In this document: piece by piece, positions 51,694-64,000 of the stretch
How the letters are laid out: each line of letters opens with the position of its first letter
Numbering within the stretch: the first letter of the stretch is position 1
Assembly (NCBI GenBank): GCA_904063045.1
Contig: CAJFCJ010000014.1
Span: forward strand, 1,981,643 to 2,045,642
Source: Dimorphilus gyrociliatus
Lineage: Eukaryota > Animalia > Annelida
DNA length: 64,000 nt
Reading direction: 5' to 3'
Made by a program: the position numbers and the translations under genes
The notes under the pieces: model-generated
Database searches by the model: none
What the model saw: only the letters and a program-made list of their open reading frames with translations
Told to the model about the DNA's origin: nothing

Positions 51694-54600
51694 ATGGGAT
51701 ATAACATATATTTTTATATTCTTAATTTTGGATTATTCTTCACTATTTTACCAGTTTTGTCTATTCGTCGATTATCAATTGCGTGTCATAAATTTATTGG
51801 CTTTCAAAATATTAGAATTGTTAAACTTTTAGTGATTTTTACAAACGGAGAAATAAAGTCATGTAGTTTTGATTTTAGAAACACAGCAGCGATAAGCAAT
51901 AATTGTCACTTGTATTTTACTGAGGCGTATGACGATCAACCGCTTCTATCTCCAATTTTCTCTCAAGAAACGTGGCTAGGTGACATTTTTGCATTTCAGA
52001 CAAACTATGAACTCTCTCCATCTCTTGTTGCAAAATGCTGTTATTATAGATTAAATGAAAAACATGAAAAGCAATATTGTTATTATACGCATTCCTTCAA
52101 CGAATATTGGATATCAATTGAAGAGACTTTAACTGTAGGAAACATTTACAAAGCAGAAGCGGAAATTGGGAGAATTTCAAGAAAATTTGAAAAAGATTTA
52201 ATAGACTTCATTGACGTTTACAGTTTAATTTCCAAAATAACTAAAATTGGCCAAGCGACAAGTCAATTTCTTAGCCTAACAGTTTATGCAATAAGTAAAC
52301 TTAGCAAAGATATTAGCTTGTGTACAGCAAGGAATCCTTTCAAAGTTGTTCCATATTCTACAGATCATTTTAAATTATTAACATTCAAAAGTGATTTTGG
52401 TAAAAAAGCTATTGTTAATCTAGTGTATGAAACAGTTTTTCAGATGCTAAACGTTGTTGATGATCTACTATTTAAAGTTGCTTATACTGGAAATAATTTA
52501 GTAATAGCAAAATCTGGCATTGCTGCAATAAATGTTCAATTGAAGAAAGATATTGACTCTATAAATCTTGTAATTGAAAAATCAATGAAAACTAAAAATG
52601 TAAAATTAATATTCAATTCTAAGAATTTTACTTCTAAAGGAGATTATTTCTTTTTCAAAAATCCGCTTATTTCCAATAAATTTGAAAGAAAGCTGTCAAT
52701 TTTAGCATTATCTGATAGCAACCTATTCAAAACACATGAATCCTTTCCAATTGTAAGTAGGATTGTCAAATTAAAATTCTCGAGGGAGACAAATCAAACT
52801 GAACTTGAACACGATGAAAAAGATAATGATAATGATGAAAATATAAAGATTGAAGCTTACATTGAAGTAGATAAGAATAAATTAGATAAAATATCACAAA
52901 AGAACAAAATGCCTAAAAGAATAAGGATGATAAATTTCAAATTCAAATGTTCTGAATATAATCATAAAGAGAAAAGATGGAAAAAATTGGCAAGGGCAGT
53001 ATTATCTGATGGTAAAGTTAAGTGTACATGCAAATTAAACTCCTACTTTGCTGTTCAAACAGTAAGTTATTTAATAATTAAATTCATTAGTACATTTTTT
53101 ATACGGACTCTATAAATAAATTATTTAAATCATAGAGTTTGAAGTTGAAAGGAAGTAATTCATATTTAATTCAATTACATTATTATAAAATTTCATTTTG
53201 ACAGACACTGAGATGGAGAATGGCTCCTTATTAAAAGTTAATCATTTGAAATATTTGATACAGTAATAGACAGAGGATATTATGTAATGCTATTGACTCT
53301 AATTTCTTTCAACAAAGAACAACCAGTAAAAGAGTAAACTACTTGCTTGAACTCTTTGCAAATTTAGACCAAAGGCGTATAGTTTTGACGTTATTTCCCT
53401 TTATAAAACCACATATCAACAATGACCTTACAAAATTAATAGCAGAGATAAAGTGTTACTCAGAATTTTAGCCTGGTATTAATCACCAATATTTTACTTA
53501 TAATTAAACTACACAAATTAGGAGACCTATGAAGGCCATCAAATATTACAAATATTAGTTAGGATTCATGATATTTGAAAAGATTGATCAGTTAAAAAAA
53601 TAGCCATTGCGTAAAATTCTCTGTCAATCTATAATAAAGCAATGTTGATACTTTTTTTGTTATTTTTTCTTTATAATTCTAGCGTTTGAAGTTTTTAATG
53701 AAAAATCATATGAAATCTTTCTTTATGACGATGGTTATTTTGATTTTATCAGTTCCATGTTTAACAATGTCACTTATTCAATATTTATTTATAAAGTAAT
53801 GATTATTAATTTTCTTTTAAATATTTATAATAATTTAATATATTAAATATATTTTAATGATTCAGAAATGAAAGTAAATCTACAGTAGAACATTCAATAT
53901 TTAATCTTGGATTATCATTATTATGTTTGCATTTAGCTTATATTGCTGGAATTTACTTTATAACCAATAATACAATATGTATAGTAATTTCATCTTTTAT
54001 ATGCTATTTTTCCATAGTTTCAACTCTATGGATATTTGAAATAAGTATAATAATATATCTTTTCACTCTTCAACCATTAAAGTTTATACACAACAATTCT
54101 TCAAGAATTCTCCATTTTGGATTAAAGTGTATTTTGCCTTGCTGGGGTAAGTGGTTCTTTTTAAACATAAAAAAATGAAAACACTTTTCCAAACATATGT
54201 TTTCATTATCAAGGTATTCCTATTATAATTGTTTCCATAGTAGTGTTATTTCAATGTTTAAATGGGAAGAAGATGATATTCAAAGATAGAAATTTGTAAG
54301 TTACACTTCAAATCCTTTTTCAAGTTTATTATTAAGACTTTTAAAAATAGGGAAAGAGACAAAAGAAAGAATAGTTGCTGGTTTGAAGGTTATATCTTTA
54401 ATGGAGAATTTGTGTCGACTCTTTTAATTTTACTTTTCATTCATTTTATCATAATGTTTCGGATATTGCCGTTCGTTTCTAAAAAGATTCAAAAGACCCG
54501 TAAATTATGTGAAAGTGAAAAGCGTAAAAAACAATTCATTATATATCTCTTCTTAACAACAAGTATTGGATTAAGTTGGGTATTCGGTGTAATTTATATA

Positions 54601-54780
54601 AAAGAAACATCTCTTTTGTCATATATGTTACAAACGTTGTTTTGTATATTTCTGTCTTTTCAATGTTTCTTCTTATTATTATTATACATATGGAAAGAAA
54701 AATATACTAGAAATAGATGGAAAACTCTTTGCTGTTCAAGAGAAAAAACAACAATGAATAAAAGATCATTTACAATATAA
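51694..54780 (+). CDS. Adhesion GPCR (GAIN/GPS plus secretin-like 7TM), copy 1
   Basis: Exon 1 51694-53061 carries the signal peptide and ends W...GKVKCTCKLNSYFAVQT. The 7TM exons start at 53683 (ILSVPCL, HLAYIAG, WGIPIIIV, CW, GLSWVFG, SFQCFF). Confidence 0.85.
53150..53640 (-). mobile_element. Possible decayed mariner/Tc1-type transposase fragment in aGPCR1 intron 1
   Basis: This intron is about 620 nt, versus about 50 nt at the same position in the paralog. The minus strand gives FLTDQSFQIS*I...WPS*/SPNL, resembling FLxxxFxxxWI...WPxxSPDL. Confidence 0.35.
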
Positions 54781-55286
54781 AAGATATTATTTTTCCTCTT
54801 CTATTCCTATGTAATTGTTAAATGTAAAGCAACTACTGGAAATGTGACATTATCTTGTATTTCTATACAATGTATATGTATTTGATTACAGGAAATTCCG
54901 GATATAGAGAACAATAAAAGGCTATTTCTTTAGTAAAACAATTAAGGTGTTTATATGTATATACAATATATTTTTTACAATCTATTTCAAAGGGAGTTGT
55001 ATCCTTCTTTTGAAGTTGAGCCTAGTATGATTATTCAGCTAATTTTTTTTATCAAATCTATTGTTTACAATAAAGAGTAACATGTTTATGATATGGGATG
55101 CTTTTTTATGGGCTAAATAATGTTCTCTTTTATATTTGTAGAATTTAGAGCATAAATATATTGTAGACCTATGTAGAATGACTGGCCAACAAAGTTTAGC
55201 ATTTAGGAGTGTTAGCTGCTTTTATTTATGTCTACTGACTGTTTCCATTCCATTGTTTTACATTTGCAGTGGTATTCAATATTGTT

Positions 55287-57896
55287 ATGGATTGTAAAAA
55301 CGAATATTATTTCTATATAGTTGGATTATATGTTATTTTGTTGCCAACTTTAGTAAATGCTTTTGAAATTTTAGCCAACTGTCCATTTGTTATGGATCGC
55401 CCAAGAGATGGAATTATTAAACTATTAGATATGGATAAAAAAGTTTTAGCGGAATATTGCGACAAGGAATTGTACGAACAAGAATATAATATTAACATTT
55501 GTCCGGAAAAAGGTAAGATGTACTCTGAATGGAAAGGAGCAAATTATACAAATCAAATAAAAATGAACGGAATCATTTATCAATATGATATGCTTTACTT
55601 TTCATTTATTCTAAACGAATATAATCCAAAATTTGAAATTTTATATGCAAATTGCTGTTTTCTCGATTTCGACTATGTTGATGATAGTATGAAATATTCT
55701 GAGCATTGTTCAAGTCAAATGCTGTATAATAATTCAAGTAATTACAATAATTTATCCCAAAGATTCATCTATAATAGTATTCTATATGTTATTGTATTTT
55801 CTTAGGGAAAATTTCAGATCTAAAAAATGTACTAGTAACTAAAATAGACAAAAAAAACGTAGACAATATAATGGAAATTACAGAAGGTATTACGAAAAAA
55901 ACTCAACCTTCCATTGAAGCTATTTTAACCATTTCTAATATCACTTACGCTATCAATAACACTGGTACTACGTCTAAAAGTGTCCTTGAAAAAACAATTG
56001 CTTTAACTGATGGAATGAACGAATGGATAAATTTTATAGTAGAGGAAGATGATGACTACGATGATTATTATGATGATTACACCGACAATATTGAAGAAGA
56101 TCCTAACGATGAATTATACGATGCTACCTATCAGATGATAGACGTAGTTGATAATCTATTATCAAGAGTTGATTACGTTGGAAATTATTTAAGTATAACA
56201 AAATCTGGAATTACAGCAATAAGCGCTCGACCAAATAAAGATATTAACTCTATAAATCTTGTATATGAAAAATCGAAAAAGATTAGTAAGAAAACTGAAA
56301 AAGTAGAGTTAACATTCAATTCTAAGAATATTTCTTCTAAAGGAGACTTTTTATTTTTTAAAAATTCATTAAATTTGAATAAATTACAACAGAAATTATC
56401 AATTTTAGCATTAACTGAAAAGAATCTATTAAAAAGTCATAAGCTTTTTCCCGTTGTCAGCAATATTTTAAAGATAAGTTTGTCTAAATTAAAAAATTCA
56501 AATCTAAACGATACTGTTGATATTGCGGAAACTGAAGTCCACATTGAAATCGATAAAGATAAAATGGATGAAATAGTAAAAAATGATAAGAAAACTAAGG
56601 AAAACGGAAGAAAAATATTTACATGTGCAGAATATAATAGCAATAAGAAAAGATGGAAAAAATTACAAACTAAAATATTACCAAATGGAAAAGTTAAATG
56701 TATAACAAACCGTTATGCTCATTACGCCATTTTAATGGTTAGTTAATATAATAAGATTCTATATTTATATCTATAATTTATTCATTAGGATTTACAATTT
56801 TCATCAAAAGGAGATTTAGCAATGTCTATTATAACGAATATTGGTTTAATCTTATCAATTCCTTGCTTATTATTTACAATTTTAAGTTATTTATATATTA
56901 GGTAAGGAGAAATGATATCTATCTATTAAATAATAACATAAATTAGTTATTCATTCTAGAGAAGGAAGAAAGACTACTGTACAACATTCATCGTTCAATC
57001 TCGGACTATCTATATTGCTTTCTAACATCGCTTTTCTTGCTGGTATAAATCTATCCAATTATCCTAGATTATGTATTGGAGCATCCATTATAATTTATTA
57101 TTTTCTATTGGTTTCAATTTCTTGGATGCTTGAAATGGGCATAATATTCTATTTATTTACAGTCCATCCATTAAAATTTACATTCAAGAATTCATCGAGA
57201 ATTCTTTATTTTGAATATAAGTGTGTTTTACCTTGTTGGGGTAAGCTTATTCGATAATAATATTAAAAAGTATACCCTTTATTATATTGACAATTATCCT
57301 ATTTATAGGTATTCCCTTGATAATTGTTACTTTAGCAATATCAATTGGAAGTTCATTACTATCGAAATTTGAAATGTATAATGAAAACTTGTAAGTAAAA
57401 ATGAATTTAGCGTTGAAATGAATATTAATTTATCATTTATTGATCAAATAGCTGCTGGATTAAAAGTTACATCTTTTATGGAGGATTTCTACCCGCAGTT
57501 ATACTTATGGTTCTCATAAACTATATTATTATGTTTCGAATTTTACCTTTTGTCTTAAAGAAGATAAAAGAAAATTCAACATTGAAAGAAAACCAAAAAC
57601 GAACAAAACAATTTATCGTATTCTTGGGATTTGCAACAATGATGGGATTAGGCTGGATTTTTGGATTAGTATATGTTAAAGACTTAATGACTTTAACATA
57701 TTTTTTTCAAATATTATTTTGTATTTGTTCAACTTTCCAAGGGTTTGTTTTCTGTCTATTATATTTATGGAGAGAGCATGAAGTTAGACATCGATGGAGC
57801 AAGATATGTTGTTCTTATAAATTAGTTAGTAGAGCGGCAATTAGCCAATCTTCTGCATTAAAAACAACAAAAACGGAATCATCATCTGTCGTGTGA
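55287..57896 (+). CDS. Adhesion GPCR, copy 2 (tandem paralog)
   Basis: Exons 55287-55737 and 55806-about 56737 (ends KVKCITNRYAHYAILM), followed by 7TM exons with the same intron phases as copy 1 (SIPCLL, SNIAFLAG, WGIPLII, CWIK, MGLGWIFG, STFQGF). Confidence 0.85.
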
Positions 57897-59547
57897 GAAA
57901 ACTAAAGAATATGTATATTAAAAGTTATATATATAAATTGATTAAAATCTAAAAAAACAACTTTTTTCTTAGTTTTCAGTAGATATTTTTAAGTTGAAAA
58001 ATGCCTTCCCTGTCAAGTTACTAATGAATTAATAATAAAATAATATTGTTCTTACTAATTTTCTTCTTTCTTTATTATCCTATCGTAAACTGCTTAGAAC
58101 GCCACCTAAACCCCTGGTTTTTGATATTCTTATTATAGTCCCTCCCCTTATAAGCTTTACTTCGTGAAGGACAGTTATTTCAATAGACTAAAGGAAGTAT
58201 ATAAATGTATACTTAAAGTAAGTAAAGAGAAAATTAATTCCAAATCATTTCTAGAATTATTGAAACATAAGAAGTCATTTTTTTCATTATCTTTAAAATA
58301 TTGCAGTTGTCTTTAGGGGTAGAAGTGAAATATTTGATGGTAAACATTATAATATTTATATAATATCATTCGTTGTGTACGTTATGCGAACGTTCATCAG
58401 GATATCTCTATATACAGTATGCATATTATTATAAATTATGTATTTATTTAGAATTTGCCGTATATCGCTATTTTATTTTAAGGAGAAACAATTGTGATCT
58501 AAATAAAATGATAGAAGGAAATAGGAATAAATCAATTATCTTTATTATAAATTAATAAGATTGAGTAATAGGCCCTTTTTTTCTATATTTGATTAATAAT
58601 TTTACAGTATCATTTATTTCCTTCCTTTCTAAAAGAGAGTAAACAAAAACCTTATATATCCAACATATAAAAAGAAGGGAAATGGACTAAATATACAGGC
58701 AATAATTTCTTTTTTTTTCATCCTAACAAGCTAATTAACTCATTAATACAATTTTCGAAATTACTATTCTATTTTACTTTGTAAAAGCAGTTACAGAGTT
58801 AGAAGAAGAAATTGTTGAATAAGAAACAAATTGTATATACGCATTTAATGAAAAAGTGCAATAGTTATAATGAATAAACAGATTTTCATTCTATTTATTG
58901 ATTATTAGTTATACATTAAAAAAGAAATATGAACGATGTCTTTGTAATCTTTCGTAATAAAAATCTTAAATCAATATTAAACTTGTTAATCTTTAAACAG
59001 TTTATTTAAGAAAGTATAATGTTAGAACAAGTATGTTATATACAAGTTATTTACTGTAATTATACAGTATATTAATATATTAATAAAAGGAAAGATAGTA
59101 TTTTATATACGAGATCTCCAATTAAATAATATTGACAGATCATGAGTATAGTGTTTCTATATATTGTAAATATGTTGTAAATAAAGAATAACGAATATAT
59201 TATCAACCACTTACAATACTTACTTTTATTAAATGTAGGATATTTTCTGTTTACGGTTAATAGAAAAAAAATATGTCGGTACTTCTCCTATGATCAATTC
59301 GAATCAAGTAATCAAGTCTATTAATATTTTAGTCAAGTACGCTTTAAGAATCTGGGCCGTTAATCAGTTAAAATCTTATCGTAATATATAAATTTGGTTT
59401 ATGAAGAAACTATAAGTAAAGAGTTATAAATTATCAAAATTAATTATAAACATTCTTTTCTTATCAGATAGCAGATTGTTGCCAAGCTCAAAGATCAGAA
59501 TAAACATTTAATAGAGACGCCACATAAAGTAGATGTGGTGTTAGTCA

Positions 59548-60507
59548 ATGAATAGGAAAGAAGATAGAAGTGGTAGACTGCAAACAGTCTTCTTATCTTT
59601 TTTCAATATACAAACAATGAACGTTGAAGTTGATAAACTAAAATCTAAGGTATTCTGGCAATCTGTTGGTGCCGAAGCCGTCGGAACTTTTATTTTGGTA
59701 TTTGTTGGCTGCGGGAGTTGTTTAACAAATGAAGGAAGTCCGATATTAAGGATTTCCTTAACTTTTGGATTAGTTCTGGCGGCAATTATCTACGCAATTG
59801 GGCCAGTTAGTGGTGCTCACGTAAATCCCACAGTGACTATTGGAATGGCAGTTTGTAGGAGAATAAGTATAATTAAAGCTGTTTTTTATATAGTGGCTCA
59901 GTGCCTTGGAGGGATAGTGGGTGCGGCTATACTTTATGGCCTGACACCCTCTAATTTGAAACCAACGCTTTTGGGTACGACTTCTCCAGCTCCAAATGTC
60001 ACAGATGGACAAGCCTTCGGAATAGAATTATTTATTAGTAGTATTTTTTCTTTTTCCGTATTTTCAACAACAGATCCTATACATAACGATGGTTCTAGTC
60101 CCTTCGTAGTCGGTATTGTAGTCGCTGCTATACATATGTACGCTGTTCCATTAACTGGTTCTAGTCTGAATGCAGCTAGATCTTTTGGTCCAGCTTTAAT
60201 CTCAGGAATTTGGAAGAGTCATTGGATATATTGGTTTTCGACAATTTTAGGAGGTGTAGTCGGCGGTGTACTTTACGATCAAGCTTTCTCATCTAGATCA
60301 TCGTTAAGAAGAGTAAGAAAAACATTTATGGGTACAAAGACGCGTCGCGAACCCAATCTAGATGATTCAATAGATGATAGAGATATAGATTCCTATGATG
60401 AAAAATCATTTTTAAAGGAGAAAACTAAAACTGAAAGAAATTTACCAACAGTTGCTGAAGTTGACGAAGTTGATGAGGCAATTGAAGAAGAGCAGCTACA
60501 ACCATAG
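59548..60507 (+). CDS. Aquaporin (classical, AQP4-like), intronless, NPT/NAA motifs
   Basis: FWQSVGAEAVGTFILVFVGCG, SGAHVNPTVT, TGSSLNAARSFGPA and HWIYW. The start may be the Met at 59617. Confidence 0.93.
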   Translation: MNRKEDRSGRLQTVFLSFFNIQTMNVEVDKLKSKVFWQSVGAEAVGTFILVFVGCGSCLTNEGSPILRISLTFGLVLAAIIYAIGPVSGAHVNPTVTIGMAVCRRISIIKAVFYIVAQCLGGIVGAAILYGLTPSNLKPTLLGTTSPAPNVTDGQAFGIELFISSIFSFSVFSTTDPIHNDGSSPFVVGIVVAAIHMYAVPLTGSSLNAARSFGPALISGIWKSHWIYWFSTILGGVVGGVLYDQAFSSRSSLRRVRKTFMGTKTRREPNLDDSIDDRDIDSYDEKSFLKEKTKTERNLPTVAEVDEVDEAIEEEQLQP

Positions 60508-61204
60508 CAAAAAAAAGAGAATGAAACCAAATAGCTAATTTAGTTAATTAGTAATCTAAAGTTCATAGTGTTTTAAGATTGTTAGCATGAGTATCCGACT
60601 GTCTATCTATCTATCTTCCTTGATCACTATTATTCTTTGAAGTCCTTTAGTGTTAGCTTAGAGTTTTCGTTTCGGAATAAAAATGTTGAAAAATCTTAAT
60701 AAAGAATGTTTTTTTTATCTACAAATACAATATATAATACAATATATAAAATTACGAGTAAATGCTTTATACCTTTGTTTTTCAAAGCAATCAGTGAAGT
60801 TGGAAAAAATATAAGAATGGAAAATAAACACGAGAAGACACAATCTCTTAATAGTTTTTCATAGTTTCATATATACAGTTTATTATTTTAATAATATTTC
60901 GTATGTTTTTAGTATATTTTTCTCATTTTTTTAGAGATAAATGTAGATATATATCTACATTAAATACATAGACAGGAAACTATATGTATTTAATAAACTA
61001 AAAGCGCTTGATTTGTTCTCATAGTTACGGGAAAATCTTTTATTCATTGACTAATAGAAGAAATTATATTTACATTGTTTTTATTGAAATTTATTTAGTT
61101 GTAAATATTCATTCTTATAAAAGAAAAGGTAAACATTTATTACAATCGAACGATTCTATTTGAAATAATTTCGAGATTTATTTATCATCAAATTATATTG
61201 CCAA

Positions 61205-62227
61205 TTACGTCCTCGTTGTTTTTAAATATTTACATGTTATAAGATTTAACATCTCCATTTTGAATTTTGGATTGGTTAAACAGTATACCGCCCAGTTTAC
61301 TGTATGATTGACAAATAATAAATTATCCCCAACCACTAAGCCTAAGCGTATTAAAGCTTCGTGCTTAGAAGATAGAGTATATTCAAGAGTTTCAAAAATA
61401 CAGAATGTAGTTGTACAAAAGGCGTAAATTACGCAAACTGCTATTAAAGTTAAATTTATTCTTCTTGCTTCTAATGATCTTTCAACACGGGCTTGTTTAA
61501 TTTCGCAGGAATTTTCTAAACTATTTGTCGACAGTTCAATAGACCCAACTGAACAACCTAAGGATGCTCTTGTTTTCCGATAAGCTTTTAATTGTCGAAT
61601 AATAATAATTGTGCAAGGTATGATGACGAGATTTGGTAGGATTGAATATGTTATAGCATCAACAACGTACCAATATTTGCTCATAATTTCGTAATAACTA
61701 CCAGTTTTTCCGTAATGACACCTTTTTCTTCCAAATTTATCTGTAGTTGGAACTGTTACTTGAAAACAAATGAATATCAGACTTGCCACTAAAAATATAA
61801 CGACAGCTACAATCTTAGCGCATTTTACAGTTCTTCTAACTACTGGAAATATTATTGCAATCATTCTATCAACGGCAACTGACACAATCATCCATGCAGA
61901 AACATATGAAGCGATATAATAAGGAGCAGTAAATCCCGAACAATTAAAATAGAATCTTAAGTAAACTCTATTATTAGTTACTCCTCTTATAAATCTTTCA
62001 AGAGCTCCAGGTGTGGCTGTTAAAATATCTGAAACTGCCAAAACTGAAAGGTATATAATAGTTGGAGTTTTCTTTTTCAACCTAAATAAGACAATAAAGG
62101 CCAATGAGTTACCAACTAGTCCAATAATCAAAAGGACCGGCATTGTAAAACAATAAACCCAATAAGAAATCTGGCAGTACCATATTCTAGGATCATCTTC
62201 GCATACGAGAGTTACATTCTCTGCCAT
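61205..62227 (-). CDS. Rhodopsin-family (class A) GPCR, FMRFamide/peptide-receptor-like orphan, intronless
   Basis: GLVGNSLAF, YLSVLAVSD, VAVDRMIAI and NHTVNWAVY, with seven hydrophobic segments. The likely start is MAENVT (N-glycosylation site); the ORF extends to 62290. Confidence 0.9.
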   Translation of the reverse strand: MAENVTLVCEDDPRIWYCQISYWVYCFTMPVLLIIGLVGNSLAFIVLFRLKKKTPTIIYLSVLAVSDILTATPGALERFIRGVTNNRVYLRFYFNCSGFTAPYYIASYVSAWMIVSVAVDRMIAIIFPVVRRTVKCAKIVAVVIFLVASLIFICFQVTVPTTDKFGRKRCHYGKTGSYYEIMSKYWYVVDAITYSILPNLVIIPCTIIIIRQLKAYRKTRASLGCSVGSIELSTNSLENSCEIKQARVERSLEARRINLTLIAVCVIYAFCTTTFCIFETLEYTLSSKHEALIRLGLVVGDNLLFVNHTVNWAVYCLTNPKFKMEMLNLITCKYLKTTRT

Positions 62228-64000
62228 TACAAATTTCGTAATAAGCGATGATAGCGCTTGTTTGTAGAGAGCAGACGTGAAAGCCAACACTCAGCTAAAG
62301 GCTTATATATATATATATAAATTTATATATATATATACTAATATATATACTGTGTATATATATTTTTATAAATACTGGCCAATTTACAAGTTTATTTTCG
62401 ATTTCCCTCCTTTTACGTGATTTATCATACGATTCTTTTGCTATTAACCTTCTAATTTTAAAGAACAGGCTTTTTATGACAGTATTGCATAAACTTTATT
62501 AATCATAGTTTCCTCTTTTTCGCCGCTGTTTGTCAGCATCCGCTTGGCCTCTTCTCTTTATATGTTTGTCTATACATCCGGATTTCTTTCTGCTATTAAA
62601 TTGAAATGATTATTGATTTAAAATGTTTATTTTTTCTGTCTACTATAGGACAAGTACCAATTAGTTAATGACAAATTACTCTTAATATGCATATATATAT
62701 ATATATATATATTCTTTAACAAATGTAAAAACCTTTACTATGATTTGCGATAGTAATATGCATTATAGTAACACAAACCATCCATAGTTATTCTTTACAG
62801 CTTTCTTTGCATAAATTAAGTTTATTAGGCTTATAACTATACAAATTTGAAATACAATTAGTATAAGTTATAAGCGATAAATGACGATTTTGATGTTAAT
62901 GCTGAATTATACATCATCTTGATCTTGTAAATGCATTCGATTTTCAAATTACAATACGTTTCATTCTTGTCAATATTTTATTGGCTTTCTCAATCTATTT
63001 CTCTTTTCTTTAGATCTGTTTGATCTTATTCCACTGTTTAGTCCTATATGGTGATTAAGATGGCGTTACTTTTGACTATTTAAGTAGACCTTATGTGTTT
63101 TTTACGAGAGAAACGAAATAAAATTGGCAAAAGGTTAAAAGTGTTTTGTCGAAATAAATTACAGTTAAATTTATAGTTTATTTGTATATTTGCTTTTAAA
63201 ATAATATAGAGGGAGTGCAAACTAATCGTAGAACATTCTATAGTAGTTATAGTCTTAATTTATTTCAAGGTTTATAAATATATAATACATGTGTCTGGTA
63301 ATGAGAGTAGTAAATACAATAGTTCGTTAAGTAGATAAATTGACATAGACTATAGAAAAGGTATTAGTATAATTTAACGTTTAAACTCATCTGTAATAAG
63401 GTCATTTGTAAATTTATAAGGCGATAACCATTTCAAACATTTTCTATAGATCTAAAAATTCAATCTAAGAGAGTCTTAGTAGAAGAGTTAAAAAACAATT
63501 GTGCGTTAAAAAATGATATGTGTTTTATCAAGAGTTTCATTCACAATGAAGATACGGAATAATCAAAGATATAATTTAAATTTAACAGGAAGTTAATTTA
63601 TACCTGTTTCCTCTTAAACATTACAGTACAATAGAATGTGATATTAATATCCAGTAAAACTATTCATTTAGAAGTTATTTATAAATATATTTTCAATAAA
63701 TATAAATAAGATTTTTAATAAAATTCTTAAGTTTCTTAATAATTAATAAACTAATAGTATATTAAACTTTATCGTTGTACGAATTTTGAATAATTTAAAA
63801 GAAAAATGTCATATTCTTTTCTTTATTATTATATTTTTTTTATCTCATATTTCTATTTAAAATAAATGACAGATTGATTTGTATATGCTCCTCCTACTCC
63901 TCCTCCTCATTCTTCTTATTATTATTATTCTCCTCCTTTATCTATCTTAATTTTGTTTAGTTCTTATTTCTTATTCCAATTTTCAGTCTTTTAATAAAAC

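Noticed and set aside
1-64000. CRISPR arrays, rRNA or tRNA genes
   Set aside because: No regularly spaced repeats, no long GC-rich structured region and no tRNA box A/B pattern were seen.

Overview
Very AT-rich (roughly 25% GC by eye), gene-dense animal DNA with mostly 50-75 nt GT-AG introns. It resembles a compact lophotrochozoan genome; a miniature annelid such as Dimorphilus is my guess, not something the sequence proves. From 2.9 to 37.3 kb lies a tandem array of about 16 highly diverged four-transmembrane (4TM) genes that I cannot assign to a known family. All share a phase-2 intron at the end of extracellular loop 1, most have one Cys in each extracellular loop, and six end in PPxY (WW-binding) tails. 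Inside the array are two near-identical IL-17 genes and an intronless, frameshifted bacterial-type BtrH_N/DUF4872 papain-fold gene, a probable horizontal transfer. A divergent C-type lectin with a Tc1 transposase relic in its intron sits at the left edge. The right half holds a tyrosine-rich single-pass membrane adaptor, a 68-aa myristoylated protein, a lebercilin-like gene, two tandem adhesion GPCRs with non-canonical GPS sites, an aquaporin with NPT/NAA motifs and an intronless class A GPCR. Exon models were built by hand from splice signals and reading frame. No database searches were run. No rRNA, tRNA or CRISPR array was seen.
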